From: an uncultured Saprospirales bacterium
GTDB lineage: Bacteria > Bacteroidota > Bacteroidia > Chitinophagales > CAJXBJ01
Direction: 5' to 3'
Length of the DNA stretch: 64,000 nucleotides
Assembly (NCBI GenBank): GCA_913050195.1
Contig: CAJXBJ010000001.1
Location: 2,916-66,915 of the forward strand
Numbering within the stretch: position 1 is the first letter of the stretch; each line of letters begins with the position of its first letter. The notes below the pieces were generated by a model that did no database searches, had not been told where the DNA came from, and saw only the letters and a list, made by a program, of their open reading frames with translations. The translations under genes were made by a program, and so were the position numbers. This document shows positions 49,198 to 57,899 of this stretch, one piece after another.

Positions 49198-50184
49198 ATG
49201 AGCGCCCTTATTGACACTTTTAATCGAAGCCATAACTATCTTAGAATATCCCTGACAGATCGATGTAATCTTAGGTGTCAATATTGTATGCCAGAAAATC
49301 CAAACTTCATGCATAAGAATACGCTTATGACAGCCAATGAAGTGGCTACTCTTGCAGAGCTATTTGTTGCTAAATATGGGATTAAAAAAATTCGGCTCAC
49401 AGGAGGAGAGCCATTAGCAAGAGTAGACTTTGATGCTATTTTGAATTCCCTTTCTATGCTCAATATTGAGCTAAGCTTAACAACCAATGGCATACTATTG
49501 AACAAACACTTTGGTGCTTTAAAAGAGGCAGGCATTAAAAGCATAAATATTAGCCTTGATACACTTGACGGTGATCGCTTTAAATTACTTACAAGACGAG
49601 ATAACTTTCAACAAGTATGGGATAACATTATTAAGGCTACTGAGAACTTTATATACATAAAGCTCAATGTTGTGGTCATGAAGGGCATCAATGAAGATGA
49701 AATTATTGATTTTGTAAGACTTAGCAAGCAGCTACCTATACATGTGCGCTTTATTGAGTTTATGCCCTTTTCGGGGAATAAATGGGAAAGGGCTAAGGTC
49801 ATAACTCAGCAAGAGATACTTGATATTATCGCTAGACAAGAAAGTTTTGAAAAGGTGATAGATCACAAACATAGCACAGCGAGAGCTTATCGTTTAAAAG
49901 ATGCAATGGGTACATTCGCTATTATCAGCACAATTTCAAATGGCTTTTGCTCAAACTGTAATCGAATAAGACTTACAGCGGATGGAAAGATTCGAAATTG
50001 TTTATTTGACACTGGAGAAATCGACTTGCTAAAGCCGCTTAGAAATGGAGATGATGTTTGCACAAGTATTGAGCAAAGCATACAAAATAAAAAAGCGAAA
50101 TTTGGAGGCCTTCCACACTTTGAAAAGGAAGCAGAAGTACGCAAACAACTGGACTCACGCAGTATGTTAAAGATTGGAGGCTAA
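49198..50184 (+). CDS. moaA: GTP 3',8-cyclase MoaA (radical SAM)
   Basis: CNLRCQYC is the radical-SAM cluster. RLTGGEPL and the C-terminal CSNCNRIRLTADGKIRNC second cluster follow, and the protein ends in GG. Confidence 0.95.
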   Translation: MSALIDTFNRSHNYLRISLTDRCNLRCQYCMPENPNFMHKNTLMTANEVATLAELFVAKYGIKKIRLTGGEPLARVDFDAILNSLSMLNIELSLTTNGILLNKHFGALKEAGIKSINISLDTLDGDRFKLLTRRDNFQQVWDNIIKATENFIYIKLNVVVMKGINEDEIIDFVRLSKQLPIHVRFIEFMPFSGNKWERAKVITQQEILDIIARQESFEKVIDHKHSTARAYRLKDAMGTFAIISTISNGFCSNCNRIRLTADGKIRNCLFDTGEIDLLKPLRNGDDVCTSIEQSIQNKKAKFGGLPHFEKEAEVRKQLDSRSMLKIGG

Positions 50185-51102
50185 TTACTGGCCATGTCTA
50201 AAGCTTTCTTCCTGAACTTTAAAGATGTGCAACACAAAAGGAAAGAGCGCATCCATACTCTCCTTAGCACCACCACTTGAACCTGGCATAGTGATAATTA
50301 AACTACGACCAACCATTCCTGCTACTCCTCTAGAAAGCATGGCGTAAGGCATCCTATTTTGACCGTAATTTCTAGCTACTTCCATTATACCCGGCACCTC
50401 CATATCTAAAAGTGGCTTAATGGCGTCGGGTGTATAATCTTTGGGCGACAATCCTGTCCCTCCTGTTAGGATAATGAGCCGATTCTCTGCACTCAGTAAA
50501 TCTTGAACCTTTAATTGAATTTTATCAATATCATCAGGAATTATTGCATAGGTCTGTACATCCACATCATAAGAGACTAGCTTTTCTTTAATAATGAGAC
50601 CAGCCTTGTCTTCTTTTTCTCCTTTTGAGACAGAATCTGAAACCACTATAACTGCTGCTTTAACCTTTTCATGGAAGCTTTCCTTGTATGAGGACTTACC
50701 TCCTTTCTTTTTCTCTAATTGAATATTTTCTATACTTACTCCTTTGTCTATTGGCTTAAGCATATCATACATCGTTAATGCCGCAATAGAAGCTCCATGC
50801 ATAGCCTCTACCTCTACGCCTGTTTTATATACTGTGGCCACTTCAACTTTAATATCAATGTATATATCTCCTAGCTCATAATCAACGCTTGTCTTTTCTA
50901 CTGGCATTGGATGACAGTCAGGGATTAATTCAGCCGTTTTTTTTACGCCAAACAAAGCTGCAATACGCGCGGCCTCCAATACATTACCCTTTGGCACTTG
51001 ATTGTTTTTTATTGCTTGAATAGTTTCCATGCTACTGGCCTTAACTCTCGCACTCGCGATCGCCTGACGATAGGTTGATGATTTATGTGTGATATCAATC
51101 AT
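50185..51102 (-). CDS. moaC: Bifunctional MoaC (cyclic pyranopterin monophosphate synthase) / MoaB-MogA-like fusion protein
   Basis: The N-terminal half has LIPDCHPMP and GVEVEAMHGASIAALTMYDM (MoaC). The C-terminal half has VIVVSDS...LTGGTGLSPKDYTPDA (MogA/MoaB fold). Confidence 0.9.
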   Translation of the reverse strand: MIDITHKSSTYRQAIASARVKASSMETIQAIKNNQVPKGNVLEAARIAALFGVKKTAELIPDCHPMPVEKTSVDYELGDIYIDIKVEVATVYKTGVEVEAMHGASIAALTMYDMLKPIDKGVSIENIQLEKKKGGKSSYKESFHEKVKAAVIVVSDSVSKGEKEDKAGLIIKEKLVSYDVDVQTYAIIPDDIDKIQLKVQDLLSAENRLIILTGGTGLSPKDYTPDAIKPLLDMEVPGIMEVARNYGQNRMPYAMLSRGVAGMVGRSLIITMPGSSGGAKESMDALFPFVLHIFKVQEESFRHGQ

Positions 51103-51554
51103 ATCGTTGTGTTTTCCTTCACAATATAGCTTCCGTCATCAAGAAGCTCTTTGCCAAACACTGGCGCCTTTTCTTTTATTTCTTCTACTAGAAAAGCCAT
51201 TGCATCTCTAGAGGCTTTTCTATGCGGAGAAGAAACAAATACAAACAAAGAAATCTCTCCTACCTTCACTTCTCCTAGACTGTGATAAATGTGCATGCAT
51301 GTTATATCAAATTTATCAAAGGCATTTTCCCTAATCTCATGAAACACTTGATTTGCCATGGGCTCATAGGCCGAATATTCTATTAACACAGCCTTCTTTC
51401 CTTCATGGGAATCTTCCCGCACCTGTCCTAAAAATATTTCGTGTGCACCTATTTGTGTTTTTGACTGGTGTTTCGCTATTGAATCAGCAATAAAATCAGG
51501 TGCTATAGGCCCCTGCTTCCAAACTGTTTTTATCTTTTTATCTGACATACTCAT
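51099..51554 (-). CDS. moaE: Molybdopterin synthase catalytic subunit MoaE
   Basis: IGAHEIFLGQVRED..., HSLGEVKVGEISLFVFVSSPHRKAS... and the PVFGKE tail fit the MoaE pattern. ATGA overlap with moaC/B. Confidence 0.88.
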   Translation of the reverse strand: MSMSDKKIKTVWKQGPIAPDFIADSIAKHQSKTQIGAHEIFLGQVREDSHEGKKAVLIEYSAYEPMANQVFHEIRENAFDKFDITCMHIYHSLGEVKVGEISLFVFVSSPHRKASRDAMAFLVEEIKEKAPVFGKELLDDGSYIVKENTTI

Positions 51555-51559
51555 TGATT

Positions 51560-51802
51560 CTATCCTCCTGCAAAGGGTGGCAATAAAGCTATTTCATCCT
51601 CTGCTTCCAATACACTTTCTAAATTTGATTCTATTTTATGATTTCTAGCAATACAATATTTTTTACCCTTGATAAAGGGATAACTATCCTCTATTTTCTC
51701 CTTTAAGGTCGAGAGATTACCCACATCATTCACTTCAATCTCAGCACCTAATTCATCTGCAAAATGCCCCATTAGCTTAACTTTCATTGAAAATACTTTC
51801 AT
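51560..51802 (-). CDS. moaD: Molybdopterin synthase sulfur-carrier subunit MoaD
   Basis: About 80 aa with a ubiquitin-like profile and the obligatory C-terminal Gly-Gly (PPFAGG). It lies 5 nt upstream of moaE. The start may be the internal ATG at 51787. Confidence 0.85.
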   Translation of the reverse strand: MKVFSMKVKLMGHFADELGAEIEVNDVGNLSTLKEKIEDSYPFIKGKKYCIARNHKIESNLESVLEAEDEIALLPPFAGG

Positions 51803-52325
51803 AGTCTTCTTTTGTATTCATATTAAGCAACAAATGCTCTGAATAAAAATGCTGTTTTTTATCAAGCCTTACAAGCTTAACTCGGGCTTTTTTTAACATA
51901 TCTCCCAGTTTATATTCTTTCTTGGCTATTTGTTGTTCAATAATGACTACTGCGCTTGGACTATAAATACCACAAAGACTTTGAACATGGCCTTTCCATA
52001 CTGGGAGAACAGCATCAAAAGATGGCTCATATTGTGCTTTCATGTATTCAATGAAGGACGTATTGATTCCAGGATAATCACAGGCGCTTACAAAGCAAGC
52101 CTTTTGAGCAGATTTTTTAAGTGCTGAATGGAGTCCTCCTAAAACCCCTATACCCTGATATATATCATCGTCTGCTCCAACAATAGCTACAGAAGCAAAT
52201 GAGTTATTTAAAAGGGTGAAAAGCCTATCAATAATAGCCTCCCCATTGAATTGAAGCATAGCTTTATCCTCACCCATTCGTCGACTTTTCCCTCCATTAA
52301 GTATAGCTGCATTCATATAATCCAT
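51777..52325 (-). CDS. mobA: Molybdenum cofactor guanylyltransferase MobA
   Basis: N-terminus [16 protein letters not shown] (the LAGGxxxRMG motif). About 180 aa. I prefer the start at 52325 (MDYMNAAIL); the ORF-track start at 52355 adds 10 residues. Confidence 0.85.
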   Translation of the reverse strand: MDYMNAAILNGGKSRRMGEDKAMLQFNGEAIIDRLFTLLNNSFASVAIVGADDDIYQGIGVLGGLHSALKKSAQKACFVSACDYPGINTSFIEYMKAQYEPSFDAVLPVWKGHVQSLCGIYSPSAVVIIEQQIAKKEYKLGDMLKKARVKLVRLDKKQHFYSEHLLLNMNTKEDYESIFNES

Positions 52326-52363
52326 TAAAAATATTTCTAATTTTACGCAAAACAAAGCCAGGC

Positions 52364-52789
52364 ATGAAAAAGCTAAATCCCTTCCATGTTGCCATACCAG
52401 TTAGAAATGTAGAGGAAGCTCGAAAATTCTATACTGAGATCCTTGAGTGTGAGGAAGGCAGAAGTGATGACCTATGGATAGACTTTGACTTATATGGGCA
52501 TCAATTTGTAGTGCATTATCAAGCACCTAAAGAAGATAATGTAAAACATCACAATCCTGTTGATGGACATGATGTTCCTATTCCACATTATGGTGTTGTA
52601 CTTGATTACGATGAATGGCATAGGCTTGCTGAGCGACTTAAAAGATTCAATATAGACTTTGTGATCGAGCCATACATCCGATTTGAAGGTCAGCCTGGCG
52701 AACAAGCAACCATGTTCTTTTTAGACCCGTCAGGTAATGCCCTTGAGTTCAAAGCCTTTAAGAATATTGAGCAGCTATTTGCCAAATAA
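52364..52789 (+). CDS. VOC-family (glyoxalase/bleomycin-resistance/dioxygenase fold) protein
   Basis: [24 protein letters not shown]... and a C-terminal ...[15 protein letters not shown] form the typical paired beta-alpha-beta-beta-beta VOC modules. Confidence 0.8.
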   Translation: MKKLNPFHVAIPVRNVEEARKFYTEILECEEGRSDDLWIDFDLYGHQFVVHYQAPKEDNVKHHNPVDGHDVPIPHYGVVLDYDEWHRLAERLKRFNIDFVIEPYIRFEGQPGEQATMFFLDPSGNALEFKAFKNIEQLFAK

Positions 52790-52907
52790 TCTTCATCACA
52801 AAAATTTATCACTTCATCATTTAGGAAAAAGCATTGGTCATTATTTAATAGCATTTATCTAACTTAATTGAGAATTTAGGGTTATTAATCGACAAACCAA
52901 CACAGTC

Positions 52908-54071
52908 ATGAAAGCATTAAAAATAACAGGAATAATTATTGGTATCCTAATCTTATTAGGCATTGGTGTTATAGGCTATGGTGCATATAACATGAAGAAA
53001 GATGCGAACCCAGAAATAAACACAAGAGACCTTGAAGCAAAAATCGATGAAAGGTTCAATAAAGTTTTGAAATTAAACTTACGCACAGGCATTACCATAG
53101 CCTTATATAAAAACGACACTATACTGATAAAGAATTATGGTTTAAAGGATAAAGAAAGTGGCGAAGCTGTAGACACCAGCACCATCTTTGAAATTGGCAG
53201 TATAACTAAAGTATTTACAACCTCTTTATTACAAATGACAGCTGATGCTGGACTGGTTAAGCTAGATGATGACTTCAGACAATATTTACCAGATACTATA
53301 GAATATGGATTTGAGTATCCAATAAGTCTTGAGCAACTTGCCACACACACCTCGGGTTTCCCTAAGCTACCTTCAAGATGGTTTGATGATAGTTTGGTCG
53401 TTAATGAATGCAATCCATATACCCACCTTAATTTTGACACTATAGTCGCCTACCTGGAAAATCCTAGCGAGTTAAGCAAGCCAGGCAATGTCGCCTATTC
53501 TAATCTTGGCAATGGCTTAATTGGACATGTTCTAGAGCGGGTGCATAACAAAAGCCTTAATGAGCTGCTTGACAGTATGATATTCACACCACTTAATATG
53601 CCACATTCAGGTATAGAAACTGACTCTAGCTTAAAGCATTTACTTGCAACAGGTTATGATGCAGAAGGCAAAGCTACATGTAACTGGCAATGGCCTATTC
53701 TTGCCGCTTGTGGAGCCATAGAATCTAATATTCCAGATATGTTACAATTTTTAAAGGCTAATTTGAATGAAGACAATCCACTATATGCTTCTTTTTCAAA
53801 ATGTCACCAAGCTAGCCTAAAAGCCCCCAATGGGAGTCAAGGCTTGGGTTGGCAGCTTGAATTAGATATTTTTAGCTCATTTTTATTTGAGCATCATAAG
53901 GATTTCATTTGGCATGATGGGGGTACTGGTGGTTTCAATTCAGGCATTGTTTTAGATAAAAAAACAAATACTGGAATTATAATATTGAGCAGTGGAAGTC
54001 CATTTACAGCACAAATGTCTATGGAGGGTTTTGGTATTTTAAACGATGCTAGAACTGTTTCTATTAATTAG
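52908..54071 (+). CDS. Membrane-anchored serine hydrolase, class C beta-lactamase / esterase (EstB-like) family
   Basis: N-terminal TM helix, SxxK (GSITKVF), the YxN motif (AYSNLG) and a C-terminal HDGGTGGF box. Confidence 0.85.
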   Translation: MKALKITGIIIGILILLGIGVIGYGAYNMKKDANPEINTRDLEAKIDERFNKVLKLNLRTGITIALYKNDTILIKNYGLKDKESGEAVDTSTIFEIGSITKVFTTSLLQMTADAGLVKLDDDFRQYLPDTIEYGFEYPISLEQLATHTSGFPKLPSRWFDDSLVVNECNPYTHLNFDTIVAYLENPSELSKPGNVAYSNLGNGLIGHVLERVHNKSLNELLDSMIFTPLNMPHSGIETDSSLKHLLATGYDAEGKATCNWQWPILAACGAIESNIPDMLQFLKANLNEDNPLYASFSKCHQASLKAPNGSQGLGWQLELDIFSSFLFEHHKDFIWHDGGTGGFNSGIVLDKKTNTGIIILSSGSPFTAQMSMEGFGILNDARTVSIN

Positions 54072-54092
54072 AATTATATCAATTCATTAAAT

Positions 54093-54124
54093 AAAAAAGG
54101 GCTAGCGAATGCTAGCCCTTTTTC
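54093..54124. terminator. Bidirectional rho-independent terminator (AAAAAAGGGCTAGC-GAAT-GCTAGCCCTTTTT)
   Basis: A perfect 8-bp GC-rich stem GGGCTAGC/GCTAGCCC (54099-54106 and 54111-54118) with a 4-nt loop, flanked by an A-run and a T-run. It lies between convergent genes ending at 54071 (+) and 54144 (-). Confidence 0.8.
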
Positions 54125-54143
54125 AAACAAAAATCAGTCTTAA

Positions 54144-54953
54144 CTACATAATGTCATTCCACATTGCTGTGCTGTATCTGTTAATAGCCATTGTCATTAA
54201 TAGGCCTTGTTTCGTGTGATTCGATAACTTTTTATTGGCAACTATCATATTTTCCATTTTAACTGAAAAGTGTTGAAGTGCTGCCACACTTTTTGTGCGA
54301 AAGCAATTATCAAAATAGAAATTCAAAATCCATTTATTTGCCGGTGACAAGTTCGACTTACCAATCTCTTTTAAAATAGCTTCGTTTGATTTTGCATTCA
54401 CAATCCCAGAAACCGTTGAAACAAGCTCCTTCTCACTAATCACTCTACTTGGATCTACATTTGTTGCTAATACAGCACCATCATATACTGAAAGTTGATT
54501 ATCTACTGAAGCAATAGTTCCGTTAATTACAAGCTGATTGTGATCATAACCCATAAAATCAAAACTATTATTTGGATTAGGTAGTGTAGATTCTTTGTAC
54601 TGACCTCTGTTTATATTTTTATACCAGTCAAAACCATTTCCTCCATTGACATCCATTGCGCAAAGCACTGAAGTTACAGCAGCCCCTAAGACACAGTCTA
54701 CAAGATCACCGCCTTGATAATACGTCCATGCGCCACCCAAAGCATCTTTTGCTGCAAGGACCCACCATACTCTATTACATTGTTGATCAGTTATAAACTC
54801 TTGAGACATCTGCTCTGCCTCTATTTTGAATTGTTCAGTTAAGACATCTGTGTCAGATACAGGACTGACAATTTCATTCTGCTTAGTACAGCTTGTTAAC
54901 ATTAATAATACTGAAAGAAGTACGCTTGTTATTGATAAAGTTAAAGTTTTCAT
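54144..54953 (-). CDS. Lipoprotein of unknown function, cassette copy 1
   Basis: MKTLTLSITSVLLSVLLMLTSC is a signal peptide with a lipobox Cys. It is a paralog of the gene at 55310-56209. The ORF-track start at 55028 lies upstream of the predicted -7 box and only reads through the A/C-rich leader. Confidence 0.7.
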   Translation of the reverse strand: MKTLTLSITSVLLSVLLMLTSCTKQNEIVSPVSDTDVLTEQFKIEAEQMSQEFITDQQCNRVWWVLAAKDALGGAWTYYQGGDLVDCVLGAAVTSVLCAMDVNGGNGFDWYKNINRGQYKESTLPNPNNSFDFMGYDHNQLVINGTIASVDNQLSVYDGAVLATNVDPSRVISEKELVSTVSGIVNAKSNEAILKEIGKSNLSPANKWILNFYFDNCFRTKSVAALQHFSVKMENMIVANKKLSNHTKQGLLMTMAINRYSTAMWNDIM

Positions 54954-54996
54954 AGTTATTGTTTTTGTAAGTTGATTTAATTGTTGTTTTGTGTTT

Positions 54997-55004
54997 ACAA
55001 ATCT
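54997..55004 (-). promoter_or_regulatory. Bacteroidota-type -7 box candidate (GAGATTTG on the minus strand) for lipoprotein copy 1
   Basis: It matches TAnnTTTG at 6 of the 8 positions (5 of the 6 specified bases), with a TTG about 20 nt upstream. A 43-nt A/C-rich leader follows before the ATG. The same GAGATTTGT word precedes copy 2. Confidence 0.35.
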
Positions 55005-55255
55005 CCAATACTTACACACAGAATTCAATCCAATTATATTTTAGGATTATATTTCTAACTACTACTTATCGCATAACTTGTTCTTTTTGTGTGTATTAAT
55101 TCTACTATATTAATTTATTAAGCCTTGCCAAAAAGGCTATACAATAGAATCCATAACAATAACTCAATGAATTAGTGAGACATAAAAGAAAATAATATAC
55201 TAGTGAAAGTATTAGTCATAAAAGGTAGTTAGTCTATATAATTACAGCTATAAAC

Positions 55256-55286
55256 AAAAAAAAGGGCTAGCAAATGCTAGCCCTTT
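55256..55286 (-). terminator. Rho-independent terminator of lipoprotein copy 2 (GGGCTAGC-ATTT-GCTAGCCC + T8 on the minus strand)
   Basis: A perfect 8-bp stem at 55264-55271 and 55276-55283, followed on the minus strand by a run of eight T (55256-55263). The stem sequence is identical to the terminator at 54099-54118. Confidence 0.8.
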
Positions 55287-55309
55287 CACAAACAAAAGTC
55301 AACCTCAAA

Positions 55310-56209
55310 TTACAAAACTGAGTTCCATAAGTTAGCACTGTGCTTTGCGACAGACATCGTCAATAATAGACCGTCTTTAGTTTCTTTCTTAAGTCCTTTA
55401 TGAGCAACTACCATGTTCTCAACATTCACTGAGTAATTTTGAAAGGCAGCTATGCTTTTTGCATTAAACATTACTGTAATGTAATTACTTAGAATAAGTT
55501 TAGTGGCTTTGGGGAAAGTAGAGTTATTGATGAATTTTATAAAGTCTTGTTCACCTTTACATTTAGAGAATGAATAAGCAGTACTGTTAAAGTCTTTCTT
55601 AGAAATTAAATCTTTAGAGTTCGATTCTACACACATTGCATTGTAGAGACCTTTATTATCTTTCGCCCATGTTAATAGTATTTCTGGGACATAATCATTA
55701 TGTAACATTCCAATCTTTTCCATATAATTTTTTGAATTAGGGTTTGTAAGCTCCACATATTTGCTAATATCATTAAACCAAGGAATTGAACAAATCGGTA
55801 AACTATCTGAAGTTACTGATACTTTAGCCGCACCACACACATAACTAAGAGAAAAACCAGCTGCCCCCCATCCTATATCTTCCCAACTTGAGTTATTATC
55901 ACTCATATATGTAAACAAACCACCTATTGCATCACAAGCCACAACCCGACCAACAATTGGCCAAATTCTCTGACCTTGATCAGTGGTATACTCATAAGAC
56001 ATATTCTCTAAGTCTGTTAAAAATTCCTGGCTAAGCACATCGTTGGGCTGTGTAGGATTAATCATTTCTTGATTTTTGCTACAGCTTGTAAAGATCATTA
56101 GTACTGAAAGAAATAAGCTGGTCATTGTTAAGGTTAAAGTTTTCATAGTTGTAGTTTTTGTTGTTAATGTTTGTTTATTGTTGTTTAAGTTTTGAATTGA
56201 AGTTTTCAT
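55310..56209 (-). CDS. Lipoprotein of unknown function, cassette copy 2
   Basis: It contains MKTLTLTMTSLFLSVLMIFTSC (signal plus lipobox) beginning at the internal ATG 56146. The first ATG after the promoter box is 56209, which adds 21 polar residues (MKTSIQNLNNNKQTLTTKTTT). The true start is one of these two. Confidence 0.7.
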   Translation of the reverse strand: MKTSIQNLNNNKQTLTTKTTTMKTLTLTMTSLFLSVLMIFTSCSKNQEMINPTQPNDVLSQEFLTDLENMSYEYTTDQGQRIWPIVGRVVACDAIGGLFTYMSDNNSSWEDIGWGAAGFSLSYVCGAAKVSVTSDSLPICSIPWFNDISKYVELTNPNSKNYMEKIGMLHNDYVPEILLTWAKDNKGLYNAMCVESNSKDLISKKDFNSTAYSFSKCKGEQDFIKFINNSTFPKATKLILSNYITVMFNAKSIAAFQNYSVNVENMVVAHKGLKKETKDGLLLTMSVAKHSANLWNSVL

Positions 56210-56255
56210 AATTGTTTTTTTAAGTTGTTTGTAATTGACTTGTTTTTGTTGATGA

Positions 56256-56263
56256 CAAATCTC
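56256..56263 (-). promoter_or_regulatory. Bacteroidota-type -7 box candidate (GAGATTTG on the minus strand) for lipoprotein copy 2
   Basis: The same GAGATTTGT word as upstream of copy 1. The leader to ATG 56209 (about 46 nt) aligns with the copy-1 leader (…CAACTTA[C/A]AAAAACAAT…ATG). Confidence 0.35.
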
Positions 56264-56372
56264 TTACTCTTTGGCCACGCTTACAATCCAAATAGCGGCC
56301 TTTTATATGTTTTTTACATTATTTATTTTTATATTTATATACTGATTTTCAGTATTTTATAATATTTTTTCT

Positions 56373-57899
56373 ATGCCTGATAAAAGTGAACTATTTAAGC
56401 TCATAAAAAGCCTAACAAAGTCTGAAAAAAGACACTTTAAGCTTCAGGCAAAGGGTTTTTCGGGACAACAAACAGCACACTATGAAATTCTTTTTAATGC
56501 GCTTGACAAACAAAAAGAATACAGTAGAAGTAAGACATTGATTGCTCTCAGAAAAGCTGGAGCCAAAGTTGAACTTCCAGTATTAAAACAATATCTATTT
56601 GACTATCTCCTTAAAAGCCTCGCATCTTTTAACAGCAAGAAAGATATTGATAATCAACTTTCAAGCATGATTAATAGCACAAAAGTACTTTTGAATAAAA
56701 AGCTATTTAAGTCTGCCGAAAAAGCCTTAGCAAAAGCTCGTCGCATCGCCCAAAAACATGAACGCTTCATTCGTCTACTAGAGATTAACAGAATAGAACA
56801 ATTAGTACTTCAACAAAAAGGAGATTTTAAAGCCTTAGAAAAAAGATTTGAATCTTATCATGAAGAAGAACTTACCCTTATTGAAAAAGAAAAAAATATT
56901 CGGCAGTTTAGGTCATTAGCCATTGAGAACTTTATCAACTACTATAAAACACCAGCAATTAGGAATAAAAAAGAGCAGAATAAACACCTCAAAGCAATGA
57001 ACAATCCTCTTATTAAAGACCGACAAGACATCACAAGCTACTCTAGCTATGTTCTACACAATATTTCAGGCCAATATTATGAAGGATCTATGGACTACAA
57101 CAGCCTATACAAACACACTAAAGCTTGTATTTTAATCTTTGAGGATAATATTGTTTTTAAAAACTCAGAACAAAAATTCTATGTATCAGCAGCCTCAAAT
57201 CATATCCTTGCATGTATAAAGCTTAGAAAAAAGACGGAAGCAGAAAACACAATAGCAGTTCTTAATAGCTATGCTGAAATTAAGCTTAAAAATAGTAGCC
57301 CTCTCTTTTACAGCAACACCTTTCAAAACACCATACTACTGAAACTGCTCTTGAAGTTTTGGACGTTTGAATTCAAAGAAGCATGCAGTTATTATTTGGA
57401 GAATATAGACCACATAACATCAGCACCCAAAGCCTATGTCAAAGAGAATGAGTTCTTATTACTTGGTGCCTTATCCTTCTTTTATTTGGGCAAGCATAAT
57501 AAAGCCTTGGATGCTTGTATTACAATCATAAACAAGCCTTCAGGAATTGGTGATTATATACAAAGTGTTGTTAGATTCTTAAACTTAATCATCCATTATG
57601 AGCTAGAAAACTACAACTTGCTTGATTATCTAATTACTTCAAGCTATAGATTTCTTTTAAAAAGAAAAAATCAATTTAAAACAGAAAAGGTAGTTATGAA
57701 TCTAATAAAAAGCCTTGCTGCAAGTGTAGATAAAGCTAAAACTGAAAAACTACTGACTAATGCATTAAGTGAATTAAGAGGTCTAAAAAATAATCCTTTT
57801 GAAAAAAAGGCCTTTGAATATCTCGATTATGAAGTTTGGGTTAGGTGTAAGCTTAAGAAAATACCAATCACACAAGTATTAAAGCCAGACAACCTCTAG
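56373..57899 (+). CDS. All-helical (TPR-like) cytoplasmic protein, unknown function
   Basis: 508 aa with no signal peptide or TM segment. Composition is helical and Lys/Leu-rich throughout. The N-terminus ELFKLIKSLTKSEKRHFKL is not assignable to a family I can name. Its 3' end overlaps convergent moeA by 21 nt. Confidence 0.6.
   Translation: MPDKSELFKLIKSLTKSEKRHFKLQAKGFSGQQTAHYEILFNALDKQKEYSRSKTLIALRKAGAKVELPVLKQYLFDYLLKSLASFNSKKDIDNQLSSMINSTKVLLNKKLFKSAEKALAKARRIAQKHERFIRLLEINRIEQLVLQQKGDFKALEKRFESYHEEELTLIEKEKNIRQFRSLAIENFINYYKTPAIRNKKEQNKHLKAMNNPLIKDRQDITSYSSYVLHNISGQYYEGSMDYNSLYKHTKACILIFEDNIVFKNSEQKFYVSAASNHILACIKLRKKTEAENTIAVLNSYAEIKLKNSSPLFYSNTFQNTILLKLLLKFWTFEFKEACSYYLENIDHITSAPKAYVKENEFLLLGALSFFYLGKHNKALDACITIINKPSGIGDYIQSVVRFLNLIIHYELENYNLLDYLITSSYRFLLKRKNQFKTEKVVMNLIKSLAASVDKAKTEKLLTNALSELRGLKNNPFEKKAFEYLDYEVWVRCKLKKIPITQVLKPDNL

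Noticed and set aside
53135-53440. 101-aa minus-strand ORF inside the beta-lactamase-like gene. The same applies to the other nested ORFs at 2755-2949, 3585-3794, 4482-4784, 5158-5391, 9333-9593, 25602-25871, 40591-40872, 41255-41734, 49278-50144, 60566-60769, 61317-61583 and 62285-62872.
   Set aside because: All are short alternate-frame or antisense ORFs lying entirely within long, motif-supported CDS. Their compositions are those expected from shadow frames in AT-rich DNA.
54954-55028. N-terminal extension of lipoprotein copy 1 in the ORF track (MNSVCKYWRFVNTKQQLNQLTKTIT)
   Set aside because: The extension begins upstream of the predicted -7 promoter box and is just an in-frame reading of the A/C-rich leader. 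The conserved signal peptide starts at ATG 54953.
55029-55255. The largest intergenic region was checked for a tRNA, small RNA or mobile-element remnant
   Set aside because: I found no cloverleaf-compatible stems and no terminal inverted repeats. There is only a short hairpin (AGCCTT-GCCAAA-AAGGCT) plus promoter-like AT-rich DNA for lipoprotein copy 1.
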